NCBI GenBank assembly: GCA_964291265.2
Contig: OZ219747.1
Coordinates: forward strand, 2,912,001 to 2,976,000
Length of the DNA: 64,000 nt
Reading direction: 5' to 3'
DNA from: Alphaproteobacteria bacterium
Lineage (GTDB): Bacteria; Pseudomonadota; Alphaproteobacteria; SP197
Below are positions 1 through 9,267 of this stretch, piece by piece. The position numbers and the translations under genes were made by a program. A model generated the notes under the pieces. It was not told the DNA's origin. It did not search any database and was given only the letters and a program-made list of their open reading frames with translations. Each line of letters opens with the position of its first letter. Positions within the stretch are counted from its first letter, which is position 1.

Positions 1-528
1 CAGACTCACCGGGCGAATGAGATAGGACAGGATCTCGATGGGGACCACAAGGGGAGCGAGGAAACCCGGGACACCGTGCGGCAGGAAGAACTTGAAGAAG
101 CCCAGGCCATGCTTCACGAAGCCGACAATCGTGACCCCGATGAAGACGACAAGGGCGAGACCGAAGGTGACGACGATCTGGCTTGTCACCGTGAAGCTGT
201 ACGGCAGCATGCCCAGCATGTTGCAGAAGAGAATGAACATGAAGAGTGTGAAGACGAAGGGAAAGAACGGGCGGCCCTGATCCCCGACATTGTCCTCCAG
301 CATGTTGGCGATGAACTCGTAGGAGATCTCCACCAGGGACTGCATGCGTCCCGGGACCATGCTGCGCCGGCCGATGAACACGGTGGTGAAGATGACGACG
401 AGCGCGGTCGCCGCCATCATCCAGATGGCAGAATTGGTAATCGCAAGGTCGAGGTCGCCAATGCCGAACTCGACTGCAGACGACACCGCAAACTGCTCAA
501 GCGGATTGTGCCCGGAGTCAGTCGCCAC
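1..528 (-). CDS. atpB: F0F1 ATP synthase subunit a (runs off window start)
   Basis: My translation from GTG at 528 reads MATDSGHNPLEQF...TNSAIWM...VPGRMQSLVEISYEF...NMLGMLPYSFTVTSQI...PIEILSYLIRPVSL, typical of subunit a; lies downstream of atpI. Confidence 0.95.
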   Translation of the reverse strand, partial: MATDSGHNPLEQFAVSSAVEFGIGDLDLAITNSAIWMMAATALVVIFTTVFIGRRSMVPGRMQSLVEISYEFIANMLEDNVGDQGRPFFPFVFTLFMFILFCNMLGMLPYSFTVTSQIVVTFGLALVVFIGVTIVGFVKHGLGFFKFFLPHGVPGFLAPLVVPIEILSYLIRPVSL

Positions 529-542
529 GCGTTCGATCCCCT

Positions 543-851
543 TCACTTCCTTCTGTCGGGTTCGCGTTGCGACCCGCGAGTCATCATTCCAGCGGCCCTC
601 ACCACATTGATGACACCGGCCGCCATGCCCAGGACCAGGAAGATCACCAGGAACAGCGGCGCGGTATCCAGTTCCCCGTCGATCCAGAGTCCCAGAAAGA
701 CGGAAACGGCCAGGGCAGCAACCATTTCGACCGCCATGCGGACGGCCATGCCGTAACCGGACGCCTGTGCCTTCCCCGTCGTCCTGCCACCCTTGCCCGT
801 CCTGCGGGCTGCAGCGATTCGTGCCTCAAGATCGGATGGATCATCCGCCAT
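543..851 (-). CDS. atpI: AtpZ/AtpI family protein
   Basis: 102 aa with two hydrophobic helices (GLWIDGELDTAPLFLVIFLVLGMAAG); immediately upstream of atpB. Confidence 0.85.
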   Translation of the reverse strand: MADDPSDLEARIAAARRTGKGGRTTGKAQASGYGMAVRMAVEMVAALAVSVFLGLWIDGELDTAPLFLVIFLVLGMAAGVINVVRAAGMMTRGSQREPDRRK

Positions 852-899
852 GTCGTCTCGCCAGCCGGGCGTCTGAGGGCCGCCGGAGAATGCGGGCGC

Positions 900-929
900 A
901 CATTAGAGAAGCCGTGGCGGGCGTGTCAA
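900..929 (-). promoter_or_regulatory. Putative sigma70 promoter of the atp F0 operon
   Basis: Minus strand TTGACA-N18-TAATGT about 50 nt upstream of atpI. Confidence 0.5.
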
Positions 930-998
930 TCGGCTTTGCCCGATTGACTTGCCTCGTTCCTTGACTTCACATGCGACGCCGCTCGACGGAGGATGGAC

Positions 999-2528
999 AT
1001 GGCAGAATCGCGTGGACGGCGTGGGGGCCGGGCGAGGCGCCATCGCGAGCGTATCGGTGCGCCCATCGTCCAGCAGCGTTACATCACGCGCGAGATACCG
1101 GTCTACGAACTCCTCGACGAGGCGGGAGTCGAGCTGCTTCACGACACCTCCATGCAGATCCTCGAGGAGACAGGCATCGACTTCCTCGACGATGACGCTT
1201 GCCGCCAGTGGAAGGAGGTGGGCGCCGATGTGACCGGGCGGCGGGTGAGGATTCCGCGGGCCCTGATCGAGAACCTCCTCGCCATGGTGCCGGAAAGCTA
1301 TGTCCAGATGGCGCGCAACACCGAGCGCAACGTGGTGGTGGGTGGCGGCAACACGGTCTTTGCCCCCACCTTTGGCTCGCCCTTCGTACGTGATCTTGCC
1401 AATCAGCGGCGCTATGCGACACTCCAGGACCTTCAGAACTTCGTCAAGCTCGCCTACATGTCGCCGGTCCTCCATCATTCCGGAGGAATCATCTGCGAGC
1501 CGGTGGACGTGCCGGTGCCCAGGCGTCATCTCGATATCGTCTACTCCCATATGAAGTACTCCGACAAGCCGTTCATGGGTGTGCAATCGGCCCCCGAACG
1601 CGCTCTCGATTCGTGCCGCATGTGCGAGATCCTCTTCGGCGCCGACACCATTCGCGAGAACACGGTGATGACCTCGGTGGTCAACTGCAATTCGCCCCTG
1701 GTCTGGGACGGCTCCATGCTTGGCGCGTTGCGCCACTATGCCGAGCACAACCAGGCTGTTCTCGTGACCCCGTTCATCATGGCCGGGGCCATGGCCCCGG
1801 TGGTGACCGCAGGCGCCATCGCTCAGCTCAATGCCGAGGTGGTGTCGGGCCTCGCCTACGCCCAGATCGTCCGACCCGGCGTGCCCATGGTCTACGGCAG
1901 CTTCCTTGCCACCGTCTCGATGCGGTCGGGAGCACCCATGATGGGAACGCCGGAGACCCTGCAGATGATCTACGCGGTGGGGCAGCTCGCCCGCCGCTAC
2001 CGGGTCCCGCTGCGATCCGGGGGCATGCTCAACGGCGCCAAGATCGCCGATGCCCAGGCGGCCTACGAATCGATGCAGACCATGACGGCAACACTGCTGG
2101 CAGGAACCAACTTCGTGCTGCATGCGGCGGGCTGGCTCGAGGCGGGACTGACCGCCGGCTACGGCAAGTTCATCATGGACATCGAACAGGTGGCGATGCT
2201 GCAGAGTTTCTGCCGCCGGCTTGACCTTTCGGAGAACGGTCTCGGTCTCGAGGCGATACGCGAGGTCGGTCCGGGCCATCACTTCCTCGGTTGTGCTCAT
2301 ACCAGGCGGAACTACCTCGAAGGGTTCTTCATACCCGAGATCGCCGACAACAACAGTTTCGAGCAGTGGCAGGCCGAGGGCGAACTCACCCATGACGAGC
2401 GCGCGGTGGCCGTCGCCCGGCGGCGCCTGGAAGCCTACGAGCCGCCACCGCTGGACGAGGCCCGGGACGAGGCGTTGCAGGACTTCATGGCCCGGCGCAA
2501 GGCGGAACTGCCCGATGCTGTCGGTTGA
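999..2528 (+). CDS. Trimethylamine methyltransferase (MttB) family protein, non-pyrrolysine type
   Basis: Motifs SDKPFMG, NCNSPLVWD, TPFIMAGAMAP, DAQAAYES, HAAGWLEAGL, GPGHHFLG; no in-frame TAG; GGAGG RBS at 988-992. Confidence 0.9.
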   Translation: MAESRGRRGGRARRHRERIGAPIVQQRYITREIPVYELLDEAGVELLHDTSMQILEETGIDFLDDDACRQWKEVGADVTGRRVRIPRALIENLLAMVPESYVQMARNTERNVVVGGGNTVFAPTFGSPFVRDLANQRRYATLQDLQNFVKLAYMSPVLHHSGGIICEPVDVPVPRRHLDIVYSHMKYSDKPFMGVQSAPERALDSCRMCEILFGADTIRENTVMTSVVNCNSPLVWDGSMLGALRHYAEHNQAVLVTPFIMAGAMAPVVTAGAIAQLNAEVVSGLAYAQIVRPGVPMVYGSFLATVSMRSGAPMMGTPETLQMIYAVGQLARRYRVPLRSGGMLNGAKIADAQAAYESMQTMTATLLAGTNFVLHAAGWLEAGLTAGYGKFIMDIEQVAMLQSFCRRLDLSENGLGLEAIREVGPGHHFLGCAHTRRNYLEGFFIPEIADNNSFEQWQAEGELTHDERAVAVARRRLEAYEPPPLDEARDEALQDFMARRKAELPDAVG

Positions 2529-2541
2529 AACGGGCTGATGT

Positions 2542-3228
2542 TCACAGACCGGCAAGTGCCGGGATGAGGTCCTCCATGCGGTCGATCGTGCAGTCGGCGC
2601 CCAGCGAAGCGGGCGGCCCGCCGGCATAGCCGTAACTGACAACGACACACGGCATGCCGGCGCCGTGGGCGGCGGCGACATCGGCGTGGCTGTCTCCCAC
2701 CATGACGGCTTCCACGGCGCCCACGCCGAGGCGGTCGAGAACGATGGCCAGATGGGCCGGATCGGGTTTCATCACGCCGGCGTCCCCGCCGACCACGGCG
2801 CCGATGGCCTGCCCGAGTCCGAAGGTGGCAATGACATGGTCGGCGCCGGCCTGCCGCTTGTTGGTGCACACGCCGATCGCCGTGCCGTCCCGGTGGAGTG
2901 AGTCAAGGGTCCGGGCGACACCTGGGTAGAGGCTTGAAAGGCGTGTGCTGCGCGGCAGGTAGAACTCGCGAAACCTCTCCTCGATGGCGGATTCATCTCC
3001 GTCGGGCATGCCACCGGTCATGGCCATGGCGCGTTCCAGGAGACCCGCCCAGCCGTTGCCCACCATGTCCCGCACCGTCCGTTCGGTCAGCGCCCGGCGC
3101 CCGTAGTCGGCCATCAACATGTTGATGGCATCGGCGATATCCGGTGCACTGTCGATCAGTGTTCCGTCGAGGTCGAAGATGACCGCGCGGAACCTGTGGG
3201 GGCGAACGGTCGTCATGTGCGCTCGCAT
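2542..3228 (-). CDS. gph: Phosphoglycolate phosphatase (HAD family)
   Basis: FDLDGTLIDS, CTNK, KPDP, MVGDS motifs; divergent from glmU as is usual in Alphaproteobacteria. Confidence 0.85.
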   Translation of the reverse strand: MRAHMTTVRPHRFRAVIFDLDGTLIDSAPDIADAINMLMADYGRRALTERTVRDMVGNGWAGLLERAMAMTGGMPDGDESAIEERFREFYLPRSTRLSSLYPGVARTLDSLHRDGTAIGVCTNKRQAGADHVIATFGLGQAIGAVVGGDAGVMKPDPAHLAIVLDRLGVGAVEAVMVGDSHADVAAAHGAGMPCVVVSYGYAGGPPASLGADCTIDRMEDLIPALAGL

Positions 3229-3325
3229 GGTTGGCGGCTGAATGGTGTCATTGAGTGTTGCAATTCTTGACTTCGGTCACTTTTTCAAGTGTGGCACCAA
3301 CCACTGGTTGCCGAAAGGGACATGC

Positions 3326-4687
3326 ATGGATTCCGTTCTCGCTCTGAAGGATGTCGCCGTCGTGGTCCTCGCGGCAGGACGGGGCACGCGCATGAAATCG
3401 GATCTGCCCAAGGCCATGCATACCATTGTCGGCAGGCCCATGGTGAATCACGTTATTGCTGCCGCCGCCGAGATCGCACCCGAACGCATTGTCGTGGTGA
3501 CCGGACCGCGAGACCAGAAGACGGCCGAAGCCGTCAGGCCTGCCCGTGTCGTCATCCAGGTCGAGCCACGCGGTACGGCCGACGCCGTCAAGGCGGCGCG
3601 CGGCGCCCTTGAAGGACTGGCTGACGACGGAGACATCGTGGTGCTGTTCGGCGATGCGCCGACGCTGGAGGCGTCGGCCATTCATGATCTCGTGAGGGTG
3701 CGGCGCAGCAGAAGTGCCGTGGCCTCGGTCCTGGGGGTTCATGTCACCTCCGCCAACCGCTACGGCCGGCTGGTGATGGATGCCGACGGCACACTCGAGA
3801 GAATTGTCGAGTTCCATGATGCAGGCGCGGTCGAGCGTGCCTCGACGCTGTGCAATTCAGGGATGATGAGCATCGAAACAGGCCATCTCTTCGCTCTCCT
3901 TGACGAGGTCTCCGACGACAACGCCAGGGGCGAATACTACCTTTCCGACATCGTCGCCATTGCCCGCCGCCGCGGTCTTGCCACCGCCGTTCTCGAGACC
4001 ACCGACCCCGACGATACCGTCGGCGCCGACGACCGCGTGGACCTGGCCCGCTTCGAGGCGGTCATGCAACGCCGCCTGCGCCATGCCGCCATGACTGCCG
4101 GCTGTTCGATGATGGCGCCGGAGTCGGTGTGGCTCTCCTGGGACACGGTGATCGGGGCCGATGTCGTGATCGAGCCCGACGTGGTGATCCGCCCTGGCGT
4201 GACGATCGGCAAGGGTGCCATCATCCGCAGCTTCAGCCATCTCGAGGACTGTCATGTCGGCGAAGGCGCCGTGATCGGCCCCTTTGCCCGGCTGCGTCCC
4301 GGAACCCGCCTCGGAGCCAGCACGAGAATCGGCAACTTCGTCGAGATCAAGGCGTCGACGCTGGAGTCGGGCGTCAAGGCGAACCATCTGGCCTATGTCG
4401 GCGACGCCGAGGTCGGTGCCGGGACAAACCTCGGAGCCGGAGTCGTGATCTGCAACTACGACGGGGTGACCAAGCATCCGACGCGGATAGGGAAGGAGGC
4501 GTTCATTGGATCCAACGCCTCCCTGGTGGCGCCGCTCACCATTGGCGACGGCACGATGGTCGGCGCCGGCAGCACGATCACCCGGGATGTCGGCGACGAT
4601 GCAGTGGCCCTCGAAAGGGCGCCGCAGACCGTTCGCGAACGTGTGGCCTCCCGCTGGCGCCGCAGCAGGTCAGACAGCCGGAGCTGA
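3326..4687 (+). CDS. glmU: Bifunctional UDP-GlcNAc pyrophosphorylase / GlcN-1-P acetyltransferase
   Basis: LAAGRGTRMKSDLPK, GEYYLSD, hexapeptide repeats, IGPFARLRPG, CNYDG. Confidence 0.97.
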   Translation: MDSVLALKDVAVVVLAAGRGTRMKSDLPKAMHTIVGRPMVNHVIAAAAEIAPERIVVVTGPRDQKTAEAVRPARVVIQVEPRGTADAVKAARGALEGLADDGDIVVLFGDAPTLEASAIHDLVRVRRSRSAVASVLGVHVTSANRYGRLVMDADGTLERIVEFHDAGAVERASTLCNSGMMSIETGHLFALLDEVSDDNARGEYYLSDIVAIARRRGLATAVLETTDPDDTVGADDRVDLARFEAVMQRRLRHAAMTAGCSMMAPESVWLSWDTVIGADVVIEPDVVIRPGVTIGKGAIIRSFSHLEDCHVGEGAVIGPFARLRPGTRLGASTRIGNFVEIKASTLESGVKANHLAYVGDAEVGAGTNLGAGVVICNYDGVTKHPTRIGKEAFIGSNASLVAPLTIGDGTMVGAGSTITRDVGDDAVALERAPQTVRERVASRWRRSRSDSRS

Positions 4688-4694
4688 CGGTCCC

Positions 4695-6518
4695 ATGTGC
4701 GGAATCATCGGCTATCTCGGGAGCGGCGAGGCGGTTCCGGTTCTCCTCGACGGACTGCGCCGCCTCGAGTATCGCGGCTACGACTCGGCGGGCATCGCGG
4801 TCCTCGGTCAGGAGGGAATCGTGCGCCGGCGCGCGGCCGGCAAGATCGCCAATCTCGAGACCATGCTGACCTCGAAAGGGATGACGGGCGAGGCCGGAGT
4901 GGGCCACACTCGATGGGCGACCCACGGAGCGCCCACGCGAAGGAATGCACACCCTCACATGACCGGGCGTGTCGCCGTCGTCCACAACGGCATCATCGAG
5001 AATTACCGCGCGCTGCGCGATGACATGCGTGCCGGGGGGCGCTGTTTCGAGTCGGAGACGGACACCGAGGTGGTGGCCCACCTGTTCGATGCGTTGCTGC
5101 AGGCCGAAGGAACTCCGGCAGCGGCCATGACGGCCCTGATGAACCGTCTCGAGGGCATGTTTGCTCTCGCCATTCTCATCGAAGGCGACGACGTGGCGCT
5201 CGCCGGAGCAAGGCGGGGAGCACCGCTTGTGGTGGGCTGGGGCGACGGCGGCCTCTTCCTTGCGTCCGATGCCATCGCCTTGGCCGGTCACACCCGCAAG
5301 GTCTCCTACCTGGAAGAGAATGATCTTGCACTTGTTCGCCGGGGCGGTGTCGAGATTCTCGACACGGGTAGTCGTCCCGTGGAACGTCCGGTGGTGGATA
5401 CCGAACTTTCCGGCGCGGTGATCGGGAAGGGGAACTACCGCCATTTCATGGAAAAGGAAATCCATGAGCAGCCGGTGGCCGTGGGCGAAACACTGGGACG
5501 CTATCTCGACCCCGAGTCCCGCTCGATCACGATTCCCGGTGCGGCGCTCGGCCCCGGCGCGGTCGAACGGATGACCCTCATCGCCTGCGGCACCGCCTAC
5601 TATGCCGCCCTCATCGGCAAGTACTGGCTCGAGCGCCTGGCCGGACTGCCTGCCGACGCCGACATTGCCTCGGAGTTCCGCTACCGCCGGGCGCCGATGG
5701 TCGAAAACTGTCTCGGTGTCTTCATCTCGCAGTCGGGGGAGACGGCCGACACCCTGGCCGCCATGCGCTATGCCCGTGGTCTCGGCAGGACCGTCCTTGC
5801 CGTCACCAACACCGAGACCAGCACGGCGGCGCGGGAGGCGGACCTGGTCCTTGCGACCCATGCCGGTCCCGAGATCGGCGTGGCCGCAACCAAGACCTTC
5901 ACCGCCCAGGTGGCCGTCCTCTTCTGCCTTGCCGTGGCGACGGCGCGCGACCGCGGGACCATCGACCATCATGAGGCCGTCCGTCTTGCGGGCGTTCTGA
6001 CCACTCTGCCGTCAACGCTGGCCCGAGTCATCGCCATGGAGGAGGAGTTCCGGCACATCGCCTGGGACATCGCCGAGGCGCGTCATGTTCTCTACCTCGG
6101 CCGCGGCACGTCCGCCGTCGTTGCCATGGAGGGAGCACTGAAGCTCAAGGAAATCAGCTACATTCACGCTGAAGCCCACGCTGCGGGCGAGATGAAGCAC
6201 GGGCCCATCGCTCTGATTGACGAGCATGTTCCGGTCATCGTCGTTGCCCCGGGTGACGAACTCTTCGACAAGACGATGTCCAACGTCGAGGAAGCGAGGG
6301 CGCGCGGCGGCAGGATCATCCTCATCACGGACGAGACCGGCGCCGCCAATGCGGGACCTGTGGCCGACAGGATGGTTGTCCTGCCCGCCGTCGACAGCCT
6401 GGTCACGCCGCTCGTTCACGCCATCCCGGTGCAGATGATCGCCTACCACGCTGCCGTGCGCAAGGGCACGGATGTCGATCAGCCGCGCAATCTCGCCAAG
6501 AGCGTCACGGTCGAATAG
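4695..6518 (+). CDS. glmS: Glutamine-fructose-6-phosphate transaminase
   Basis: N-terminal MCGIIG, LEYRGYDSAG, GHTRWATHG, SQSGETADT, C-terminal PRNLAKSVTVE. Confidence 0.98.
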   Translation: MCGIIGYLGSGEAVPVLLDGLRRLEYRGYDSAGIAVLGQEGIVRRRAAGKIANLETMLTSKGMTGEAGVGHTRWATHGAPTRRNAHPHMTGRVAVVHNGIIENYRALRDDMRAGGRCFESETDTEVVAHLFDALLQAEGTPAAAMTALMNRLEGMFALAILIEGDDVALAGARRGAPLVVGWGDGGLFLASDAIALAGHTRKVSYLEENDLALVRRGGVEILDTGSRPVERPVVDTELSGAVIGKGNYRHFMEKEIHEQPVAVGETLGRYLDPESRSITIPGAALGPGAVERMTLIACGTAYYAALIGKYWLERLAGLPADADIASEFRYRRAPMVENCLGVFISQSGETADTLAAMRYARGLGRTVLAVTNTETSTAAREADLVLATHAGPEIGVAATKTFTAQVAVLFCLAVATARDRGTIDHHEAVRLAGVLTTLPSTLARVIAMEEEFRHIAWDIAEARHVLYLGRGTSAVVAMEGALKLKEISYIHAEAHAAGEMKHGPIALIDEHVPVIVVAPGDELFDKTMSNVEEARARGGRIILITDETGAANAGPVADRMVVLPAVDSLVTPLVHAIPVQMIAYHAAVRKGTDVDQPRNLAKSVTVE

Positions 6519-6528
6519 GTCCGTCGCT

Positions 6529-7710
6529 TCAGCCTGTCGTCGGCTCGATGGCCCTTGTGATACGTGTCATCGCGGACGTCACCATGGTGCGGGGACAGGC
6601 GAGGTTGAGGCGCAGGAAACCCCGCGCCATGGTGCCGAAGTCGCTTCCCGCCTGAACGAGCAGTCGTTCACTGTTGATCAGACGGTCCATGAGATCCTCT
6701 TCCTCAAGGCCGGTTCCCGTCGTGTCGAGCCACTTCAGGTAGGTGGCCTCGGCCTTCACCGGAACCACGCCGGCGAGTTCCCGGGCGCACCACTGGTCGA
6801 CCGTCGACATGTTGTCGGCGACGTGATCGAGAAATGCGTCGAGCCAGGCGCCGCCGTGGGCGTAACCGGCGAGAGCGGCGGCCCGGGAGACCGGATTGAC
6901 GCCCCATTCCCCGCTTCCGCGCACGGAGTCCTCGAACCGTTCGCGAAGTCCCTGTGAGGGAATGACGATGTTGCTGAGGCCAAGGCCGGCGAGGTTCATT
7001 GTCTTGGACAGGCCGTTTGCCGCGATCACCTCGATGTCGTGGCCGTCGCAGACGGACAGGAACGGCACCAGTCGACCGGGAGGCAGCACGAGGTCGCCGT
7101 GAATCTCGTCGGCGAAGACCATCACCCGGTATCGGGCGGCGATCGACGCAAGGTGGTGAAGCTCGTCCGCCGTGAAGTTGCGGCCGGTGGGATTGTGGGG
7201 ATTGCACAGGATGAACAGCCGTGTGGCCTGATCCCGGCAGGCGCCCTCGAATGCCTCGAAGTCGATGGCATAGGAGTCTCCGTGGCGCACCAATCGACTG
7301 GTGATGACACGGTGGCCGTTGAGGGTGACGGCATCCAGAAGGGGCGGAAACGCAGGTGTCATCACCACGACGCCGGAATTCGGCGGCAGAAAGGCGCGAA
7401 TCATCTGGAAGAGCGAGGGAAGGACGCCGTGATGGGTCACCACCCACTCCGGGCTGATGACGTGGTGATGGCGCTCCATCTGCCAGGCGGCAACGGCTTC
7501 GAAGTAGGCATCACCGGCCTCGGTATAGCCGAAAATGCCATGTTCGACGCGTTCCGCCATCGCCTTCAGCACCGGCTCCGGTGCCGGAATCTCCATATCG
7601 GCAATGGACATCGCCAACAGGGGAGGGTCGTCATTGGCCGTCGCCTGCGCCCACTTGGCAGCACTCGTGCCGCGCCTGTCGATTGCCTGCTCAAAGTCGA
7701 ATTCCGTCAT
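6529..7710 (-). CDS. MalY/PatB family PLP-dependent C-S lyase / aminotransferase
   Basis: IADM, HGIFGY, LCNPHNPTGR, DEIHGD, SKTMNLAGL, ATYLKWLD, RLNLACPR. Confidence 0.9.
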   Translation of the reverse strand: MTEFDFEQAIDRRGTSAAKWAQATANDDPPLLAMSIADMEIPAPEPVLKAMAERVEHGIFGYTEAGDAYFEAVAAWQMERHHHVISPEWVVTHHGVLPSLFQMIRAFLPPNSGVVVMTPAFPPLLDAVTLNGHRVITSRLVRHGDSYAIDFEAFEGACRDQATRLFILCNPHNPTGRNFTADELHHLASIAARYRVMVFADEIHGDLVLPPGRLVPFLSVCDGHDIEVIAANGLSKTMNLAGLGLSNIVIPSQGLRERFEDSVRGSGEWGVNPVSRAAALAGYAHGGAWLDAFLDHVADNMSTVDQWCARELAGVVPVKAEATYLKWLDTTGTGLEEEDLMDRLINSERLLVQAGSDFGTMARGFLRLNLACPRTMVTSAMTRITRAIEPTTG

Positions 7711-7792
7711 TCCCTTCGCCGCCGCCGCAGTCTACATTCGCCCTCGTCGGCAAGCCGTCCGTCTCCTTTATCGAACATTGCGAGGATTTCCC

Positions 7793-9250
7793 ATGGATCT
7801 CAGTGACGCAACCCTGTTTCGCCAACGGTGCTATATCGACGGTGCCTGGTGCGATGCCGATGCGGGCGACGCCATCGATGTCAGGAATCCGGCCACCTCC
7901 GGAGTGCTCGGAACCATTCCCCGCATGGGCACGGCCGAAACCCGCAGGGCCATCGAGGCCGCTGCGGCTGCATTGCCGGCCTGGAAGGCGAAGACGGCGA
8001 AGGAGCGGGCATTGGTGCTGCGCCGCTGGTTCGAGCTGATGCTCGAGAACCAGGAGGACCTGGCACGGCTCATGACCCTCGAACAGGGCAAGCCCCTGGC
8101 CGAGGCGCGTGGCGAGATTGCCTATGCCGCGAGCTTCATCGAGTGGTTTGCCGAGGAGGGCAAGAGAGTCTACGGCGAGACCATTCCCCAGCACCTCGCC
8201 GATCGCCGCATCCTGGTCTTGCGTGAACCCGTTGGCGTGGTGGGCGCGATCACACCGTGGAATTTTCCTTCTGCCATGATCACGCGCAAGGCCGGTCCGG
8301 CACTCGCCGCGGGCTGCACCATTGTCTGCAAGCCGGCGACCGAGACCCCCTATTCAGCCCTTGCTCTCGCAGATCTTGGCGAACGCGCCGGATTGCCGAA
8401 GGGAGTTCTCAACATCCTGACCGGCAAGTCGGCGGAGATCGGCAACGAACTCACTTGTCATCCCGCGGTCCGCAAGATCACCTTCACCGGCTCCACGGAG
8501 ATCGGCAAGATGCTGATGGAACAGGCGGCATCCACGGTCAAGAAGGTCACCATGGAGCTGGGCGGCAATGCGCCCTTCCTGGTGTTCGACGATGCCGATC
8601 TCGATGCCGCGGTCGAGGGCGCCATCCAGTCGAAGTTCCGCAACATGGGGCAGACCTGCGTCTGCGCCAACCGGATCTATGTCCACTCCGCGGTCCACGA
8701 TGCCTTCGCCGAGAGACTTGCGGCGCGGGTCAGCGAGATGAAGGTGGGCAATGGCCTCGACGAGGGCGTCGTTCAGGGCCCCCTGATCAACGAGGCCGCG
8801 GTCGACAAGGTGGAGGAGCACATTGCTGATGCCTCGGCGAAGGGCGCGCGTGTCCTCGTTGGTGGACAGCGTCACGCGCTCGGCGGCACCTTCTTCGAGC
8901 CGACGGTCATGGCGGACGTCAATCCGCAGATGCTCGTGGCGCGCGACGAGACCTTCGGTCCCCTGGCGCCGATCTTCCGGTTCGAGCGCGAGGACGAGGC
9001 GGTTTCCCTCGCCAACGACACGGAGTTCGGTCTTGCCAGCTATTTCTATGCCCGCGATATCGGCCGTATCTGGCGTGTCAGCGAGGGCCTGGAATACGGT
9101 ATCGTCGGCGTCAACACCGGTATCATCTCCACGGAAGTGGCACCGTTCGGAGGCGTGAAGGAATCGGGAGTCGGGCGCGAAGGCAGCCACATGGGAATCG
9201 ACGAGTACGTCGAATCCAAGTACGTCTGTGTGGCCGGCGTCGACAGCTGA
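7793..9250 (+). CDS. gabD: NAD(P)-dependent succinate-semialdehyde dehydrogenase
   Basis: ITPWNFPSAMITRK, FTGSTEIG, MELGGNAP, GQTCVCANR, ETFGPLAP, APFGGVKESG. Confidence 0.93.
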   Translation: MDLSDATLFRQRCYIDGAWCDADAGDAIDVRNPATSGVLGTIPRMGTAETRRAIEAAAAALPAWKAKTAKERALVLRRWFELMLENQEDLARLMTLEQGKPLAEARGEIAYAASFIEWFAEEGKRVYGETIPQHLADRRILVLREPVGVVGAITPWNFPSAMITRKAGPALAAGCTIVCKPATETPYSALALADLGERAGLPKGVLNILTGKSAEIGNELTCHPAVRKITFTGSTEIGKMLMEQAASTVKKVTMELGGNAPFLVFDDADLDAAVEGAIQSKFRNMGQTCVCANRIYVHSAVHDAFAERLAARVSEMKVGNGLDEGVVQGPLINEAAVDKVEEHIADASAKGARVLVGGQRHALGGTFFEPTVMADVNPQMLVARDETFGPLAPIFRFEREDEAVSLANDTEFGLASYFYARDIGRIWRVSEGLEYGIVGVNTGIISTEVAPFGGVKESGVGREGSHMGIDEYVESKYVCVAGVDS

Positions 9251-9267
9251 CACGGATTCCTGAAGGA

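Noticed and set aside
999-2528. Pyrrolysine recoding in MttB
   Set aside because: No in-frame amber codon and no pyl genes in the window
903-2681. Long antisense and alternate-frame ORFs (e.g. 903-2681, 13155-14975, 22089-24101, 25059-26738)
   Set aside because: Shadow ORFs expected in high-GC DNA; they overlap well-supported genes and lack recognisable motifs
3800-4040. GlmU motif deviations (VEFHDA, GADDR instead of GVN)
   Set aside because: The gene is full-length with other motifs intact; the effect cannot be judged without an alignment
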